This document shows, in pieces, positions 51,579 to 52,849 of a stretch of 52,849 nt of DNA. Below the pieces are notes generated by a model. That model was not told where the DNA came from, searched no databases, and saw only the letters and a program-made list of their open reading frames with translations. Each line of letters begins with the position of its first letter. Position 1 is the first letter of the stretch. The DNA comes from a virus (lineage: Duplodnaviria; Heunggongvirae; Uroviricota; Caudoviricetes). The stretch lies in IMG/VR virus record IMGVR_UViG_3300045988_151019; one strand, written 5' to 3'. A program made the translations under genes and the position numbers.

Positions 51579-52849
51579 ATGAATGACGTTACAGTTGTTA
51601 CATCGGTTACTTACCCATCACCCGAGTCGTTGGCTCTGGTGGCTGATGTGCAATACCACGAACCATATCTGTCAGCCGCTCTAAACCGAAAATTCAGGGG
51701 AATTGTTGACCCGGGATTTTATGCTGGTTTCTTGCCTAAGCCTGGCGGTGGGATGAACCTGTTAATCACCTCAGCGGATGGAGATAAAACCGCTGGCGCG
51801 GCGTCAGTGGATATTGGTGAATTCTACCAGGTAACTATTCAGCATCGTAAGGATATCTCTCTTGCACTTAACGCAGGCAAGAAATATGCAATTGTGCTGA
51901 AGGGAAGATACCTTCTTGGAGAAGATACCTATCAGGTGAATACCGCGTCACATATTCATGCAGCTGAATTTGTTGCCAGAACCTATACCGATTCATATCA
52001 GTTAGGTGATGGGGAACTGCTGGTTTGTACGGTGAATATCCCTGCTGGCGTATCTACCATTACTCAAGAGATGATTGATACATCCGAGCGTATCAACCGC
52101 ACGATCGGCATTGATATTTCAGACTCTGTAACCAGTACCAGAAGTGATGTTGCTGCGAGTTCGCTGGCAGTTAAAAAAGCCTACGATCTGGCGAAAAGCA
52201 AGTATACGGCGCAGGATGCAAGCACAACGCAAAAGGGATTAGTTCAGCTCAGTAGTGCCACTAACAGTACGTCCGAAGTGCTGGCCGCCACACCGAAAGC
52301 TGTCAAGGCTGCATATGACCTGGCTAACGGGAAGTATACAGCCCAGGATGCAACCACGACACAAAAAGGGATAGTTCAGCTCAGTAGCGACACCAACAGC
52401 ACTTCTGAAACATTAGCTGCAACGCCAAAAGCAGTTAAAGCTGCATACGATCTAGCAGCCGGAAAGGCACCATCCAGTCATACACATCCCTGGAATCAGA
52501 TCACTGGTGTGCCAACAGCTTCATTGACAGCGAAAGGCATCACTCAGCTCAGTAGTGCCACTAACAGCACGTCTGAAGTGCTGGCCGCTACACCGAAAGC
52601 TGTCAAGGCTGCATATGATTTGGCTAATGGAAAGCAAGCGGCAGACGCTACGCTCACTGCTCTAGCGGCACTAGCTACCGCAGCAGATAAACTCCCTTAT
52701 TTCACAGGGGTTGATCGTGCCGCGTTAACTGCACTGACAAGTGTTGGACGTGCAATTCTTAGTAAGCCCAGTATTCAGAGCGTTCTTAATTACCTTGGTT
52801 TAGGGGAAGGCTCGGCGCTGCCCGTTGGCGTGCCCGTTCCGTGGCCCTT
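51579..52849 (+). CDS. S: tail fibre protein S, N-terminal constant part (continues beyond window end)
   Basis: AAGGA SD then ATG; open to window end; three repeats of TQKG(L/I)VQLSS-TNSTSE-LAATPKAVKAAYDLA typical of Mu/P1/T-even fibres. Confidence 0.75.
   Translation, partial: MNDVTVVTSVTYPSPESLALVADVQYHEPYLSAALNRKFRGIVDPGFYAGFLPKPGGGMNLLITSADGDKTAGAASVDIGEFYQVTIQHRKDISLALNAGKKYAIVLKGRYLLGEDTYQVNTASHIHAAEFVARTYTDSYQLGDGELLVCTVNIPAGVSTITQEMIDTSERINRTIGIDISDSVTSTRSDVAASSLAVKKAYDLAKSKYTAQDASTTQKGLVQLSSATNSTSEVLAATPKAVKAAYDLANGKYTAQDATTTQKGIVQLSSDTNSTSETLAATPKAVKAAYDLAAGKAPSSHTHPWNQITGVPTASLTAKGITQLSSATNSTSEVLAATPKAVKAAYDLANGKQAADATLTALAALATAADKLPYFTGVDRAALTALTSVGRAILSKPSIQSVLNYLGLGEGSALPVGVPVPWP
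52170..52640 (+). repeat. about 120-bp coding repeats within tail fibre gene
   Basis: Three near-identical units read directly. Confidence 0.7.

Overview
This 52.8-kb window reads as one contiguous stretch of a P1-family temperate phage-plasmid (a myovirus kept as a plasmid prophage); all calls are from reading the sequence and ORF track by eye, with no database search. It contains the full plasmid maintenance core: oriR with two DnaA boxes and a five-GATC cluster, 5 incC iterons, repA, 9 incA iterons, parA, parB and parS. Also present are the immunity/L-replicon block (icd, ant, kilA, repL), a hok/mok type I toxin locus, a DnaB-like helicase (ban) with three tRNA genes (Ile-CAU, Thr-UGU, Asn-GUU), a fused C5-cytosine/N6-adenine methyltransferase (dmt), an RdgC homologue and an Rz/Rz1-like spanin pair. 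Structural genes include a putative major head protein, sheath, tube-like protein, baseplate hub and spike, the tape-measure/transglycosylase Sit, a baseplate J-like protein and the 5' part of tail fibre S. A long leftward operon (1-10.9 kb) encodes poorly characterised enzymes: a Ser/Thr phosphatase, VRR-NUC nuclease, PAPS-reductase-like protein, ASCH protein, HAD phosphatase, a GT-A-like glycosyltransferase, two paralogous GSGPS Rossmann proteins and Ea22-like modular paralogues. Transcription appears organised by about nine 17-bp C1-repressor-type operator motifs and four late-promoter-like motifs. No integrase, transposase, CRISPR array or rRNA was seen. I could not identify a clearly novel system; the most unusual items are a 30-bp junction cassette reused at three gene boundaries, an in-frame stop splitting an SPFH lipoprotein gene, a repeat-rich tRNA-remnant region, a motif shared between the Sim-like periplasmic protein and Sit, and the uncharacterised enzyme block.
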